Positions 31,691 to 43,069 of a stretch of 64,000 nt of DNA are shown here, piece after piece. Position 1 is the first letter of the stretch, and each line of letters opens with the position of its first letter. A program made the translations under genes and the position numbers. The notes under the pieces were generated by a model. That model worked only from the letters and a program-made list of their open reading frames with translations, was not told where the DNA came from and did not search any database. The stretch is from Desulfobacterales bacterium (GTDB lineage: Bacteria > Desulfobacterota > Desulfobacteria > Desulfobacterales > UBA5852): positions 704,001 through 768,000 of the forward strand of contig CAXXVS010000003.1 of assembly GCA_963674755.2 (NCBI GenBank). Reading direction: 5' to 3'.

Positions 31691-32332
31691 TTACAAATCG
31701 TAGGCTTCGAACTCGCTGCGGGCGCATTCGGGGCAGAGGCCGTGGCTGAAATCGGCGTCGAAGTTGTTGCGTACGAAGGCTTCCAGCGAGTTCCAGGCGC
31801 CGTTGTCGTCGCGGATGCGGCGGCATTTGGCGCAGATGGGGATCAGGCCTTTGAGGGTCCTGACCTCGGAGAGGGCCTGCTCAAGTTTTTTAATAAGGGT
31901 TTCGCGCTCGGCCTGAATCTGCCTGAGCGCCGTGATATCCCTGACCAGGTGAACGGCCCCGGTCAGGCGCCCCTCCGGGTCGCTCAGCGGGTCGACCGTG
32001 ACCGAGAGCCAGCGGCCGCCCGCCAACTGAACCTCGGTCTGGGCGCGTCCATGCGATTTCACCATGGACAGGATGGGGCAGTGGCCGATGGGGGTGCCCG
32101 TGCCGTGCACGAGTTCGTAGCAGGTTTTACCGAGCACGTCCTCCCGCTTGATCCCGAGAAAGTCTTCCACCGCCCGGTTGCTGCGCACAATCCGGAAATC
32201 GTGGTCTATGATGCATACCCAGTCGGACATGGCGTCCACCGTTTCTTCCCATTCGGAGGAGGAACGGGCGCGTTCTGCTTCGAGAGCGGCAATGCGGGCC
32301 TGCAGGCGGGCGATCGTATCGTCGGCGGTCAT
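31691..32332 (-). CDS. PAS domain protein with C-terminal CxxC...HxxCxxC module
   Basis: PAS (DWVCIIDHDFRIVRSN...GKTCYELVHG...RDIT) then GLIPICAKCRRIRDDNGAW...FSHGLCPEC. Confidence 0.85.
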   Translation of the reverse strand: MTADDTIARLQARIAALEAERARSSSEWEETVDAMSDWVCIIDHDFRIVRSNRAVEDFLGIKREDVLGKTCYELVHGTGTPIGHCPILSMVKSHGRAQTEVQLAGGRWLSVTVDPLSDPEGRLTGAVHLVRDITALRQIQAERETLIKKLEQALSEVRTLKGLIPICAKCRRIRDDNGAWNSLEAFVRNNFDADFSHGLCPECARSEFEAYDL

Positions 32333-32878
32333 GGCGTATCCGGGGCAACGCGGCGCCGTAACGCAGCCATGCAACCCAAAGCGCTGGCGCGCATTGTCGG
32401 CGATTTTTCGCGTCCCAGTTGTCAGGTCCTGCCGGCTTCAGCGCACAAGCAAACCAGATCGCGTCGCGGGTGGGATGGGACGATATCCGATTCGAGGGAG
32501 GACGGGCGGCAAAGCCCGTTTGTGCATCTCATACCTTACCGCCATGGTGCAGGGGGGTCAATAGCGGACACGTCGGGAGGGGGTGACCAAGCTTCCCGGT
32601 CCCGGTCCCATTGGGCAGGACCGGAAAAACATGCCTAAAACATCCGGTGGCCGTATGATAAAAAAACAACGAAATCAATGGGATTAGCAGGTGGTTGCGG
32701 CAGGGTGCTTTACAAGCCCCGATTCTGGTGGTAGGGGGAGGGTGCTTTACAGGTTTGATACGCAGCCGGCATCCCTCCCTCTTAAATCACCATAGTGAAA
32801 CGGAAAGCGCCTGGTTCGACAGCCGATCGGCTTTCGAGAGGGGCACGGCAGCACCGCATACGGGCGAGGAAGACACCG

Positions 32879-34585
32879 ATGACCATGCAGGACAGCAGCA
32901 GTTTCGGGTCCGGTTTGACACCGTTTTCCGGCGCCATGCTGGACAGCAGCAATTTCCACCAGATCCTGTCCAACGGCAACAGCCACAAACTCCTGGCTTT
33001 TTTCAGATGCCGCAAGCAACAGATTCACGACTATCTGCTGGCTTTTCTTGGCTCCCAGCCGCCGTCGCTTTATCAGGAATTTATTTTGACGCATACCGAG
33101 GGCCAGGGGCGTATCAATATTTATCTTGATTCTTTTGAAGCAGCGCTTTCCGGGAAGGTCGACCGCTTTCTGGAGGACCAGAAGAAGATCGGCTATATCC
33201 GCGCCCTGGAAGGCTATCACCTGAACGATGTCTATAGCTACACGGTCTGCTTCAAGGATGCGTTATGGCGCGTCAGCCAGGAATACAATCAAAATGAAGC
33301 CCGGGCGGCCTATCGCCTGAATATCGACGATATCTTCATGTTCAACAAGCTGCTGGACGGCGCCTATTATTTGCTTTCCCTGTCGTTTCTGGAAACGCGC
33401 GACGAAATCATCATGCGCCATCGCGAGCAGCTGCAAGCGCTCCAGCGTTTCGCCGCAGGGATCGTTTCGGTTTTTGAAGAGGAGAAAATCTGGGCCCAGA
33501 CGACCCAGGGTGTCTTCGATGTCTTCGGACTGACGGGAACCTTCATTTTGATCGACGAAGGAGGGCTCCGCCAATCCTCGAGCCGGGCTTATCGCATGAT
33601 TGGCCTGCAAGTGGCGCAAAGTGATTTGGAGAAGGTTCTGGAAGGCATCGGGCACACCTCGAAGCCGACGGCCCTCGACCGCCGCAATACGCTGATCAGC
33701 CTGTCGTTTCCGGCAGATACCGACCAGTTCCGGCTGGTCGCTTCGCCCATCATGGACCCCAAAAACAACCTTGTCGGGGTCCTTTGCGTCCATGACCAGG
33801 GACGTCTGTTTCCGTTTCCCAGATTCGATCAAAACCTGTTGCTGCACTTTTCCTTTTTTACGGGGGCTGTTTCGGCCAACTGCCGCATGGTCTCGGAGAT
33901 CGCCGAAAACCGCATGGATCTGCGCAATCTCACGGCGCGCCTGATTTCTGTTCAGGAGAAGGAACGCAAAAAGATTGCCGCCGACATCCATGACGTCCTG
34001 ACCCAGGCCCTCACCGCTATCGGCTACAAAGCCCTGTATTGTATGGAAGTCGCCGGCCAGGACTCCGGCGCCCTGCACCGGGAGCTGGAGCTTCTCACCG
34101 ATACCGTCAATGATGCCCTGCGCCAGTCGCGGCAGATCATCAGCAATTTGCGGCCCCATATCCTGGACGATATCGGAGTGGTTGCGGCTTTCCGGAAGCT
34201 TGTGGGGGATTTCGGGCGCGAATTCGGCCTGCAAGCCCATTTTTACCACCCCGAACAACTGCAGCTCGACCCCGACAAGGGCATCGCCCTGTTTCGTATC
34301 CTGCAGGAGGCCCTGCATAATACCCGCCGCCATGCCGCGGCCACCCAGGTCGATCTGACCCTGCGGGTGGCCGCGGATGAGACGTTGTTCATGACCGTGA
34401 AGGACAACGGATGCGGGTTCGATATGCAGAAGAAAAGCCGCAGCCGCCAAAAGACGGGCCTGGGATTGCTCACCATGCGCGAACGGGCGGAAGACATTGG
34501 GGGCACCTTCCAGTTGATTTCTTCCGCCGGCCGGGGCTGCGAGATCATCGTGAGCGTTCCGCTGGGAAAGGCACAAAATGGCTGA
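32879..34585 (+). CDS. cytoplasmic sensor histidine kinase (HisKA_3 class) with GAF domain
   Basis: QEKERKKIAADIHD H-box, QEALHNTRRHA N-box, DNGCGF, GLGLLTMRERA; no TM segments. Confidence 0.92.
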   Translation: MTMQDSSSFGSGLTPFSGAMLDSSNFHQILSNGNSHKLLAFFRCRKQQIHDYLLAFLGSQPPSLYQEFILTHTEGQGRINIYLDSFEAALSGKVDRFLEDQKKIGYIRALEGYHLNDVYSYTVCFKDALWRVSQEYNQNEARAAYRLNIDDIFMFNKLLDGAYYLLSLSFLETRDEIIMRHREQLQALQRFAAGIVSVFEEEKIWAQTTQGVFDVFGLTGTFILIDEGGLRQSSSRAYRMIGLQVAQSDLEKVLEGIGHTSKPTALDRRNTLISLSFPADTDQFRLVASPIMDPKNNLVGVLCVHDQGRLFPFPRFDQNLLLHFSFFTGAVSANCRMVSEIAENRMDLRNLTARLISVQEKERKKIAADIHDVLTQALTAIGYKALYCMEVAGQDSGALHRELELLTDTVNDALRQSRQIISNLRPHILDDIGVVAAFRKLVGDFGREFGLQAHFYHPEQLQLDPDKGIALFRILQEALHNTRRHAAATQVDLTLRVAADETLFMTVKDNGCGFDMQKKSRSRQKTGLGLLTMRERAEDIGGTFQLISSAGRGCEIIVSVPLGKAQNG

Positions 34586-35240
34586 TCGCATACGCGTTAT
34601 GGTGGTGGACGACCATACCATCGTCCGGGAAGGGATCAAAGCCCTGCTCGAACTTCAGGAAGACATCGAGGTGGTCGGTGAAGCCACGTCCAGCAGTGAG
34701 TTTCTCGATAAGCTCGAATCCGTCCTGCCCGATGTGAGCCTGATCGATCTCAAGATGCCGGGGATCGACGGGATCGAGGCCGCGCGGCTGGCGAAAGCCA
34801 AATATCCGAGCATCAAGATAATCCTGCTCACCAATTATGATGACGAAGAATATGTCATGGAGGCGATCAAGGCCGGGGCCGACGGCTATGTGCTCAAAGA
34901 TGTCAAAAAGGGCGACCTGATCACGATCATACGGGGCGTATTGCACGACCACGCCTTCATCGACCCGACGGTGGCCTGCAAGCTGTTCCGCAGTATACGG
35001 CAGTCCACCGCCGCAGATGAGCAGACGATCGCGCGTCCGATCTTTTCCGAAAGAGAACTCCAGATTTTGGCACACCTGGCCGAAGGCCAATCCAACAAGG
35101 CAATCGCCCATACGCTCTGCCTGTCGCCGGATACGGTAAAATCCCACCTGAAGAACATCTACCAAAAGCTGGGGGTTCACAACCGCTCCCAGGCGGCACG
35201 GGCGGCGATCCAGGGCAAACTGATCCATTTGGCCCACTAG
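34578..35240 (+). CDS. NarL/LuxR family response regulator
   Basis: VVDDHTIVREG, LIDLKMPG, GYVLK and LuxR HTH (SERELQIL...SNKAIA...TVKSHLKNIYQKLGV). Confidence 0.95.
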   Translation: MADRIRVMVVDDHTIVREGIKALLELQEDIEVVGEATSSSEFLDKLESVLPDVSLIDLKMPGIDGIEAARLAKAKYPSIKIILLTNYDDEEYVMEAIKAGADGYVLKDVKKGDLITIIRGVLHDHAFIDPTVACKLFRSIRQSTAADEQTIARPIFSERELQILAHLAEGQSNKAIAHTLCLSPDTVKSHLKNIYQKLGVHNRSQAARAAIQGKLIHLAH

Positions 35241-35336
35241 ACGGTCAAGCGTGCGGCAACCGCCGTCTGCGCTAAGATGCCGGCTCAGAACGATCCCGAT
35301 CGTCGGGGGTGCCGCCACCCCCCTGGCCCCCATATC

Positions 35337-35350
35337 TACCCCTAAGGGTA
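35337..35350. promoter_or_regulatory. candidate NarL-family operator
   Basis: tacccctaagggta near-palindrome, with further TACCCC half-sites nearby, between the response regulator and the TRAP operon. Confidence 0.45.
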
Positions 35351-35607
35351 CCCCTTTTTCACCCGATCAGGGCATTTACTTCCTTTCCGCCCGCTGCTAT
35401 TCCCCCTTACAATCTGAAGGGTCTTCAATGACCGATTGTCATTACCCCTTTGGATGCGTTGAGGGAAGCCTACGCCGATTCGTTTTATGAGTATATGGGA
35501 CCGCAACGGCGTCCCTATTCTTAAACCCCCCGAAGCACGGTGTGCGGCAGGCGCAGCCGCCTGAACCGCCGTATGGGAACTTTCGGGAAAACCTGAGGAG
35601 GCTGAAA

Positions 35608-36750
35608 ATGGGCAAAAGTGAAATCGCCAAGGGAATTTCACGCCGCAAGTTTTTAAAGGACGTGGTGTTGGGGGGGGCGGCCGTCGGGGCCAGCCTGGGC
35701 ATGTTTCCGGGCGTCGGTATCTCCAGGGCCGCCAAGAAGGGCGTCTACACCCTCAAATACGACTGTTATATCGGTCCCACCGCGGAACCGGCCCAGCTCG
35801 ACAACTGGTTTCTGGACGAAATCGTCAAACGCAGTGACGGCCGCATCCAGATCAAGAAGTTCTGGTCGGGCTCCCTGCATAAAGTGGGTCAGCACCTGCC
35901 GGCCATTCGGGACGGCCTCTCCGAGATTTCCCTGATCAGCTACGGCTACTATCCTTCCGCGGTGCCGTTGAGCCGGGGCCTGGAATGGTATTACCACGGG
36001 TGCGATCATGCCGACAGTCTGCTTCACGTGTGCCGGGATATTTACGAGGCCACACCCGAGCTGCGCCAGGAATGGGAAGACCGCAACAACGCCAAGGTGC
36101 TCTATTTCACCAACTGGAGCTATTGCCCCTTTATCATGAAGGAGCCGCTGCCCAATGTCGAGGCCCTTAAAGGCAAAAAGGTCCGGGGCTACGGGATCGG
36201 CGCCGATACGGTCAATCGGCTGGGCGGGCAGGGGATGCCCATCGTGGCCGGCGAAGTCTACACTTCCCTGGAGCGGGGCATCCTGGACGGGGCCTTCGCC
36301 TTCGCGTTTATCACGGCCGAGAAGATGAAGCTGCACGAGCAGGCCCCCTACATCGTGGAAGGCGGGGCGGGCGCCCATGCGCCGACCACCGTCGTTATGA
36401 ACCGCAACATCTGGCGCTCCCTCCCGGATGATTTGAAAGAGGTCATCAATCAAACCGTGGCCGATATCTATGAATGGCGCTATCTGGAACTCTACAGCCA
36501 GCTGACCGAAGAAAGTGTGGACAAGATGGTCAAGGCCGGCGCCCAATTTTCCACCTGGTCGAAAGCGGAAAAGCAAAAGGCGGCCGCCATGGTCCAGCCG
36601 GCCCAGATCAACGAGTGGATCGAGAAGATCGCCAAGCCGAATCACTTCGACGGGGTGGCCTTCCAGGAAAAGGTTACGGAGCTGATCAAGAAATATGAAC
36701 CCGGGAAGCTCAAGAATCCCTGGGAAACCTACCAGCAGAAGTACATGTAA
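35608..36750 (+). CDS. dctP: TRAP transporter substrate-binding protein, Tat-exported
   Basis: Twin-arginine signal SRRKFLK; LKGKKVR, EVYTSLERGILDG, VVMNRNIWRSLPDDLK. Confidence 0.9.
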   Translation: MGKSEIAKGISRRKFLKDVVLGGAAVGASLGMFPGVGISRAAKKGVYTLKYDCYIGPTAEPAQLDNWFLDEIVKRSDGRIQIKKFWSGSLHKVGQHLPAIRDGLSEISLISYGYYPSAVPLSRGLEWYYHGCDHADSLLHVCRDIYEATPELRQEWEDRNNAKVLYFTNWSYCPFIMKEPLPNVEALKGKKVRGYGIGADTVNRLGGQGMPIVAGEVYTSLERGILDGAFAFAFITAEKMKLHEQAPYIVEGGAGAHAPTTVVMNRNIWRSLPDDLKEVINQTVADIYEWRYLELYSQLTEESVDKMVKAGAQFSTWSKAEKQKAAAMVQPAQINEWIEKIAKPNHFDGVAFQEKVTELIKKYEPGKLKNPWETYQQKYM

Positions 36751-36853
36751 CGTTCTTCCTCAGGCCGGATCGGCGCGGAGGCGCACGGGATGCATGCGCC
36801 TCCGGCCGGCCCCGCTGTAACGCTTCGGCTGCCGCCCCGGAGAAGGTGCCCTT

Positions 36854-37384
36854 ATGGTCAGATCGCACGACAGGCTGATGGTGGAAAGACTTGCGGACGG
36901 GTACACGGTTTTCTGCACGATCACGGGTGTCGTGGCCGCCGTCACGATCGCCCTGATGATGGTGAGCACAACCCTCGATGCCTCGGCCCGCTATGTGCTC
37001 AACAACCCGATTCCGGGGGTCTTCGAACTCAACGAGGTGTTGCTGGTCATTTGTGTCTACATGGGATTGGCCTGGACCCAGATCGAGCGGGGCCATATCC
37101 GGGTAACGGCCTTCCTGCGCAACCTCACCCCCAGGACGGAAGCCGGCTTCAACATCCTGGCCTGGGTGGTGACCTTCATCTTCATTTCAATCCTGGCCTA
37201 TCAAAGCGCGATCGGGGCCTGGGAGTCCTTCCAGATACGTGAGTTCCGCTGGGGCTCGGTCCAGATGCCGATCTGGTGGGCCAAGGCCCTCGTTCCGATG
37301 GGCTGCCTGATGATGGACCTCCAGCTGATCATCGACATCTGGAAAGAAGTCGAGGTCATACGCGGCCGTCTGTCCCGGTCATAG
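36854..37384 (+). CDS. dctQ: TRAP transporter small permease
   Basis: Four TM; RYVLNNPIPGVFEL and GHIRVT motifs. Confidence 0.88.
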   Translation: MVRSHDRLMVERLADGYTVFCTITGVVAAVTIALMMVSTTLDASARYVLNNPIPGVFELNEVLLVICVYMGLAWTQIERGHIRVTAFLRNLTPRTEAGFNILAWVVTFIFISILAYQSAIGAWESFQIREFRWGSVQMPIWWAKALVPMGCLMMDLQLIIDIWKEVEVIRGRLSRS

Positions 37385-37446
37385 ATGCGGTTCGGGCTGC
37401 TCTCGCTAAACCTGGTTTCTCAAGCGTGCACGGAAGGTAATCGATA

Positions 37447-38763
37447 ATGGATCCCTTGGTAGCCGTATTGGGCAGTGTCCCCTTAGTACTCATCATGCTG
37501 GCGGCGGGTATTCCGGTGTTCACTTCTCTCGGCATTACCGGTTTTCTCGGCTGTGCCGCGATCGCCGGTTTCGACATGGCTTTGATTCAGCTCAAGGTCT
37601 TCCCCTATGTCCAGACCGCCAGCTATCTGCTCGTGGTCGTGCCCCTGTTCGTGATCATGGGGCACTTCGCCTTCAAGGCCGGCATCGGCAAGGATGTCTA
37701 CCTGATCGGGCGCAACTGGTTTTCCCAGTTTCCGGCCGGTCTCGGGGTGGCGACCATCATCGGCAGCGCCGGCTTTGCGGCCTGTTCCGGATCGAGCGTG
37801 GCCACCGCCGCCACCATGGGGGCCGTGGCGGTGCCGGAGATGCGCGACCAGGGCTACGACCCCAAACTGGCCTGCGGTATCGTGGCCGCCGGCGGGGTGT
37901 TGGGCATCCTCATTCCGCCCAGCGTGATCCTGGTGTTCTACGGTGTCATCACGGATACCTCGGTGGGATCGATGCTGATTGCGGGTGTCATTCCCGGCCT
38001 TATTTCGGTGGTGATCTACGTCCTCGGCCTGACCCTGCTAAGCCGCATCGAGCCGACCCTGGCGCCCAAACCGCTGGCGGTAAGCTGGGCCGAGCGTTTT
38101 CGCAGCCTCAAGTACGGGGTGGGCGCCTTTCTGCTTTTCTTCATCGTGGTGGGCGGGATCTATATCGGCTGGTTCACCCCCACCGAGGCGGCCGCCGTGG
38201 GGGCCTTTGTCAGCTTCCTTGCCATGGTGGTGCGCCGCCGCCAGCTCCAGGAGCCCTTCGGCGAGGCCCTCAAGGATTGCTTCATCTCCACCCTGCGGAC
38301 CTCCTGCATGGTCTTCATCGTGATCGTGGGCGCCGGTCTCTACAGTTATTTCCTGACCCTGGCCCAGGTGCCCCAGATGGTGTCCGCCTGGGTGGCCACG
38401 CTGCCGGTGCCGCCCATGGTGGTGGTGGGCCTCTTCCTGCTCCTCTACATCCCGCTGGGCATGCTGCTGGATTCCTTTTCCCTGCTGCTGGTGACCCTGC
38501 CCATCATGTTCCCGGTGGTGGTCGACCAAATGGGGTTCAACGCCCTGTGGTTCGGCATCCTGTCCACCAAACTCTGCGAGGTGGGGCTCATCAGCCCGCC
38601 GGTGGGGCTCAATGTCTATGTACTGGCCGGAGTGGTGCGGGACGTGCCGCTGGCCGATATTTTCAAAGGCTGCCTGTGGTTCGTCCTGTTCGAACTCGTG
38701 GCGGCCCTCGTTCTGTTCGGTTTCCCTTCCCTGAGCTACTGGCTGCCCATGACGATGCAGTAG
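37447..38763 (+). CDS. dctM: TRAP transporter large permease
   Basis: VPLFVIMG, GSSVATAATMG, LGILIPPS, TPTEAAAVG, SPPVGLN. Confidence 0.93.
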   Translation: MDPLVAVLGSVPLVLIMLAAGIPVFTSLGITGFLGCAAIAGFDMALIQLKVFPYVQTASYLLVVVPLFVIMGHFAFKAGIGKDVYLIGRNWFSQFPAGLGVATIIGSAGFAACSGSSVATAATMGAVAVPEMRDQGYDPKLACGIVAAGGVLGILIPPSVILVFYGVITDTSVGSMLIAGVIPGLISVVIYVLGLTLLSRIEPTLAPKPLAVSWAERFRSLKYGVGAFLLFFIVVGGIYIGWFTPTEAAAVGAFVSFLAMVVRRRQLQEPFGEALKDCFISTLRTSCMVFIVIVGAGLYSYFLTLAQVPQMVSAWVATLPVPPMVVVGLFLLLYIPLGMLLDSFSLLLVTLPIMFPVVVDQMGFNALWFGILSTKLCEVGLISPPVGLNVYVLAGVVRDVPLADIFKGCLWFVLFELVAALVLFGFPSLSYWLPMTMQ

Positions 38764-38827
38764 GCCGTCAGGCGGATCAGCCCGGGGGAAGGACCGCATT
38801 CCACGTTTTGATTGCATGGAGGACCGC

Positions 38828-39607
38828 ATGGACAATAGCGCAATGAATCTGAAGGGACGCACGGCCATCGTAACGGGCGGCGCCCGCGGCATCGGGGCCG
38901 CCGCGGCCTGCGCCCTGGCCCGCCAGGGGGCCGACATCATCGTGGCCGACCTGATCGATGGAACCGAAACCGTGGCCCGGGTCGAGGCTCTGGGCCGCCG
39001 GGCCATCGCAGTGGAGACCAATGTGTGCGCCCCGGAAGATGTGCGCCGGATGGTGGAGAAGGCCATCGAGGCTTTCGGAACAATCGATATCCTGGTGAAC
39101 AACGCCGGGGTGGTGCACCGGGACAGCCTGCTGGAGACCTCGGAGGCCACCTGGGATCGCGTGGTGGGCGTGATTCTGAAAGGAACTTTTTTCTGCATCC
39201 AGGCGGTCTACCCGCACATGCGGGAGCGCGGCTACGGCAAGATCGTCAACGTCAGCTCCATTTCCGGCATCATCGGGGGGGCGGTGTCCAAACTGGACGA
39301 TTTGCCGGAAGCCGCCCGCGGCCGCTCCGGACCGGCCTACGCGGCGGGCAAGGGCGGCGTCATCGCGCTGACCCGCTGGATCGCCAAGGACGTGGCCAAG
39401 GACGGGATCTACGTGAACAGTATCGCCCCGGGGGCCTGCCAGACCGAAATGACCAGGGGCTTCGACTACAACGTCTCGATGCTGCCGATCGCCCGCATGG
39501 GGCAGCCCGAGGAGATGGCGGAAGCGATCGTCTTTCTGGCTTCCGATGCGTCCAGCTATATCACCGGCCAGGTGCTCAACGTGGACGGCGGCTGGGTCAT
39601 GGCCTGA
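38828..39607 (+). CDS. short-chain dehydrogenase/reductase (FabG-like)
   Basis: TGGARGIG, NNAG, YAAGK (YxxxK), ITGQVLNVDGG. Confidence 0.92.
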   Translation: MDNSAMNLKGRTAIVTGGARGIGAAAACALARQGADIIVADLIDGTETVARVEALGRRAIAVETNVCAPEDVRRMVEKAIEAFGTIDILVNNAGVVHRDSLLETSEATWDRVVGVILKGTFFCIQAVYPHMRERGYGKIVNVSSISGIIGGAVSKLDDLPEAARGRSGPAYAAGKGGVIALTRWIAKDVAKDGIYVNSIAPGACQTEMTRGFDYNVSMLPIARMGQPEEMAEAIVFLASDASSYITGQVLNVDGGWVMA

Positions 39608-39647
39608 ACCGGCCGGCCTTTCCACCAGAGACTTCAGGAGTGTATCG

Positions 39648-41210
39648 ATGAACCTAAGCATGCTGCTGACCAAGACCGCCCGGCTCTTCCCGGACAAGCC
39701 CGCCATCATCCACGGGGAGCGGGTGTTGACCTACGCCCGGTTCAATGCCCGCGTCAATCAACTGGCCCATGCCCTGCGGGGCCTCGGCGTACGGAAGGGC
39801 GACAATGTAGCCATTCTGCAGTACAACTATCCCGAGACGTTCGAATCCCTGTTTGCCTGCTTCAAGCTGGGGGCCGGGGCCGTGCCCATCAATTTCCGGC
39901 TGCATCCCAAAGAATTCGCCTTTATCATCGATCACTCCGATGCCAAGGCGGTCATCTTATCCCCCGAATTCAACCGGCCGATCCTCGACGTCCAGGACCG
40001 CATACCCAAGGCCGCCATCCTGATCAGCTTGCAGGGCGACGGGAGCCCGCTGCTCAATTACGAAACCCTGCTGGTCCGGGAAGACGATACGTTTAGCGAT
40101 GAAGACGTTTCCCCCGACGACCTGGCTTGGCTGTTCTATACCTCCGGGACCACCGGCATGCCCAAAGGGGCCATGCTGACCCACGGCAACCTGCTGGGGA
40201 TGTCCATGAATTTCTATGCCGATATCGCCCCGGGGTTTTCCTGCCGGGACGTGATCCTGCATGCCGCGCCCCTTTCCCACGGCAGCGGGCTCTATGGGCT
40301 GCCCAACATCGGCAAAGGGGCCACCAATGTCATCCTGGCCTCGAAATCCTTCGATCCGCCCCTGGTGTTCCGGAGTATCGAGAAGTACCGGGTGACCAAC
40401 ATGTTCGCCGCCCCGACCATGATCAAGATGCTCATCGACCATCCGGATGTGGACCGCTGCGATTTGAGTTCGCTACGGGCCCTCAACTACGGCGGCGCCC
40501 CCATGCTGCGGGAAGACCTCAAGAAGGCGATTCGCAAGCTCGGACCGTGCCTGGTCCAGCTCTTCGGCCAGGGTGAATCGCCCATGACCATCTCCTACCT
40601 GCCGCACTGGGCCCACCAGGCGGAGGGCAGCGCCGCGCAGACCGAACGCCTGGGGTCGGCCGGATTTCCCAGGACTGACGTGGAAGTGCGGATTTTCGAC
40701 GAAGACGACCGCGAACTGCCGCCCGGTCAGATCGGAGAAATCGTGACCCGTTCGCAGATGATGATGGCCGGGTACTGGAAAAACCCCGAGGCCACGGCCC
40801 AGACCCTTAAAAACGGATGGCTGCACACCGGCGACGTGGGCTACCTGGACGACCAGGGCTATTTGTTCATCATTGACCGCTCGAAAGACATGATCATCAG
40901 CGGCGGGGAGAACATCTATCCCCGGGAAATCGAGGAGGTCCTGGTGCAGCACCCGGCCGTACGGGAGGTGTCGGTCATCGGCGTGCCGCATCCCAAATGG
41001 GGAGAGGCCATCAAGGGCGTGGTCTCGCTCAATCCGGGCGCCGCCGCCACCGAAGAGGAGCTGATCGATTTTTGTAAGGAAAACATCGCCAGCTACAAGA
41101 AACCCAAATCCATCGATTTTGTCGACGAGCTGCCCAAGAACAACTACGGCAAAATCCTCAAGCGCGAACTGCGCGCCCGGTATTGGGATCTCGAAGAACG
41201 CCAGGTATAG
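39648..41210 (+). CDS. acyl-CoA synthetase / AMP-dependent CoA ligase
   Basis: [44 protein letters not shown]. Confidence 0.93.
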   Translation: MNLSMLLTKTARLFPDKPAIIHGERVLTYARFNARVNQLAHALRGLGVRKGDNVAILQYNYPETFESLFACFKLGAGAVPINFRLHPKEFAFIIDHSDAKAVILSPEFNRPILDVQDRIPKAAILISLQGDGSPLLNYETLLVREDDTFSDEDVSPDDLAWLFYTSGTTGMPKGAMLTHGNLLGMSMNFYADIAPGFSCRDVILHAAPLSHGSGLYGLPNIGKGATNVILASKSFDPPLVFRSIEKYRVTNMFAAPTMIKMLIDHPDVDRCDLSSLRALNYGGAPMLREDLKKAIRKLGPCLVQLFGQGESPMTISYLPHWAHQAEGSAAQTERLGSAGFPRTDVEVRIFDEDDRELPPGQIGEIVTRSQMMMAGYWKNPEATAQTLKNGWLHTGDVGYLDDQGYLFIIDRSKDMIISGGENIYPREIEEVLVQHPAVREVSVIGVPHPKWGEAIKGVVSLNPGAAATEEELIDFCKENIASYKKPKSIDFVDELPKNNYGKILKRELRARYWDLEERQV

Positions 41211-41221
41211 GAGACGCCACC

Positions 41222-41629
41222 ATGGAAGAGACGCGGGATCAAAAGCGCTATGAGCGGGGTCTGGCCAAATTGTCGGAAGTGGACGGCAAGTGGGGCCAGC
41301 AGGTGATCGAAGCCCTCCGGGACATCGCCCCGGATATGGCCCGCTACATCATCGAGTTTTCCTTCGGCGACATCTACTGCCGTCCGGGTCTCGACCTGAA
41401 ATCGCGCGAGATCGCCACGGTGGCCGCCCTGACCGCCCTCGGCAATGCCGCGCCCCAACTCAAGGTGCATATCCACGCCGCCTTGAACGTGGGCTGCACG
41501 CGCACCGAAGTGGTGGAAACGATCATGCATATGGCGGTCTTTGCCGGGTTTCCGGCCGCGCTGAACGGGCTGTATGCCGCCAAGGAAGTCTTTGCAGAAC
41601 GCGGTTCGGACCATGACAGCGGAAAATAG
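41222..41629 (+). CDS. carboxymuconolactone decarboxylase (CMD/AhpD) family protein
   Basis: [27 protein letters not shown]...[13 protein letters not shown]...AGFPAA. Confidence 0.88.
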   Translation: MEETRDQKRYERGLAKLSEVDGKWGQQVIEALRDIAPDMARYIIEFSFGDIYCRPGLDLKSREIATVAALTALGNAAPQLKVHIHAALNVGCTRTEVVETIMHMAVFAGFPAALNGLYAAKEVFAERGSDHDSGK

Positions 41630-41800
41630 CCGTCGCGGGAATGGGGTGCCGTCCGGGCGGGAAACCCGTTCCGCCGCCGGAGACGATGAGCCGCCCCGGT
41701 TCAAAGCAGCAGCGGTTCGCTAAAGGCAATGCAACGCCGCCAGGGGCGGGGACTTAACCCCCCGTCCATCGCCGGCGGATTCAACCAGGGAGGCCCTTAA

Positions 41801-43069
41801 ATGCCGCAACCAAGAAAACTGGCGCGAGGCGTCGCCATCGTCGGGGCGGGCATGTCGAAATTCGGCATGTTCCCCGCCAAGAACTCCAAGGACCTGTTCG
41901 CCGAGGCCTTCCAAGAGATGATCGCTTCGGTGGACAAGGGGGTCGACGCGGCCGATATCGACGCCCTCTACCTCGGCAACTTCACCAACGACTTTTTCGT
42001 GCACCAGGCCCACTGGGGACCCATCATGGCCGATCTGATCGGCCTTACGCCCAAACCCGCCACCCGCACCGAAGGGGCCTGCGCCTCCAGCGCCCTGGCC
42101 TTCCGGGAGGGCGTTTTCGCCATCGCCTCGGGCTTCTACGACATGGTGCTCGTGGGGGGCGCGGAAGACATGTCCAAACGGACCACCGAAGAGGTGGCCG
42201 AGGGACTGGCCCTGGCGACCTTCCCCTACGAGGGCCAGGCGGGCTTCACCTTCCCGGGGGTGTTCGGCGCCCTGGCCACGGCCTATTTTGCGAAATACGG
42301 GGCCGGCCGGGAAGATCTGATGAACATCACCATCAAGAGCCATAAAAACGCGGCCTTGAACCCCAAAGCCCAGTTCCCCCTGACCATCCGGGAGATCATG
42401 GCGGCCCGCCAGGCCAGCGCGGCCCGCAAGGGGCGGCCGGTGGTCGACTGGCCGGACGAGAAGGCCTTTTTGTCCGACCCGGCCGTCAATCCGATGGTGG
42501 CCTGGCCCATGCACCTTTACGACTGCTGCCCCATCAGCGACGGGGCCAGCTGCATGCTGCTGGTGGCCGAAGAGCGGGCCCGGGAGTTCACCGATCATCC
42601 CATCCGTGTGGCCGGCCTTGGCCAGGGCAGCGGCCGCGGGCTGCATGCCTGCCAATCCCTGACCTCATTCGAGGCCACGCGCTATGCCGCCCGGGAGGCC
42701 TACGGCATGGCGGGCGCCGAGCCGGGCGACATCCAGTTCGCCGAGGTGCACGACTGTTTTTCCATGGCCGAGCTGATCCATGTCGAAGATCTGGGCTTTT
42801 TCAAGCCCGGCGAAGGCTTCCGCGCCATTGGGGACGGCGCCACGGCCCTGGACGGGCCGATCCCCATCAATACCTCGGGCGGGCTCAAATGCAAGGGGCA
42901 TCCGGTGGGCGCCACGGGCGTCTCCCAGCTCTACGAAGTCTGGACCCAGCTCAGGGGGCAGGCCGGTCCGCGCCAGGTGCCCCAAGGGGATCTCCGCCTG
43001 GGGGCGGCCCACAATCTGGGGGGCACCGGCGGCACCTGTACCTTCACGATTCTGGAGAGGAGGGCATGA
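41801..43069 (+). CDS. thiolase family protein (SCP-x/archaeal type)
   Basis: EGACASS, CCPISDGA, EVHDCF, GHPVGATG, HNLGG. Confidence 0.92.
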   Translation: MPQPRKLARGVAIVGAGMSKFGMFPAKNSKDLFAEAFQEMIASVDKGVDAADIDALYLGNFTNDFFVHQAHWGPIMADLIGLTPKPATRTEGACASSALAFREGVFAIASGFYDMVLVGGAEDMSKRTTEEVAEGLALATFPYEGQAGFTFPGVFGALATAYFAKYGAGREDLMNITIKSHKNAALNPKAQFPLTIREIMAARQASAARKGRPVVDWPDEKAFLSDPAVNPMVAWPMHLYDCCPISDGASCMLLVAEERAREFTDHPIRVAGLGQGSGRGLHACQSLTSFEATRYAAREAYGMAGAEPGDIQFAEVHDCFSMAELIHVEDLGFFKPGEGFRAIGDGATALDGPIPINTSGGLKCKGHPVGATGVSQLYEVWTQLRGQAGPRQVPQGDLRLGAAHNLGGTGGTCTFTILERRA

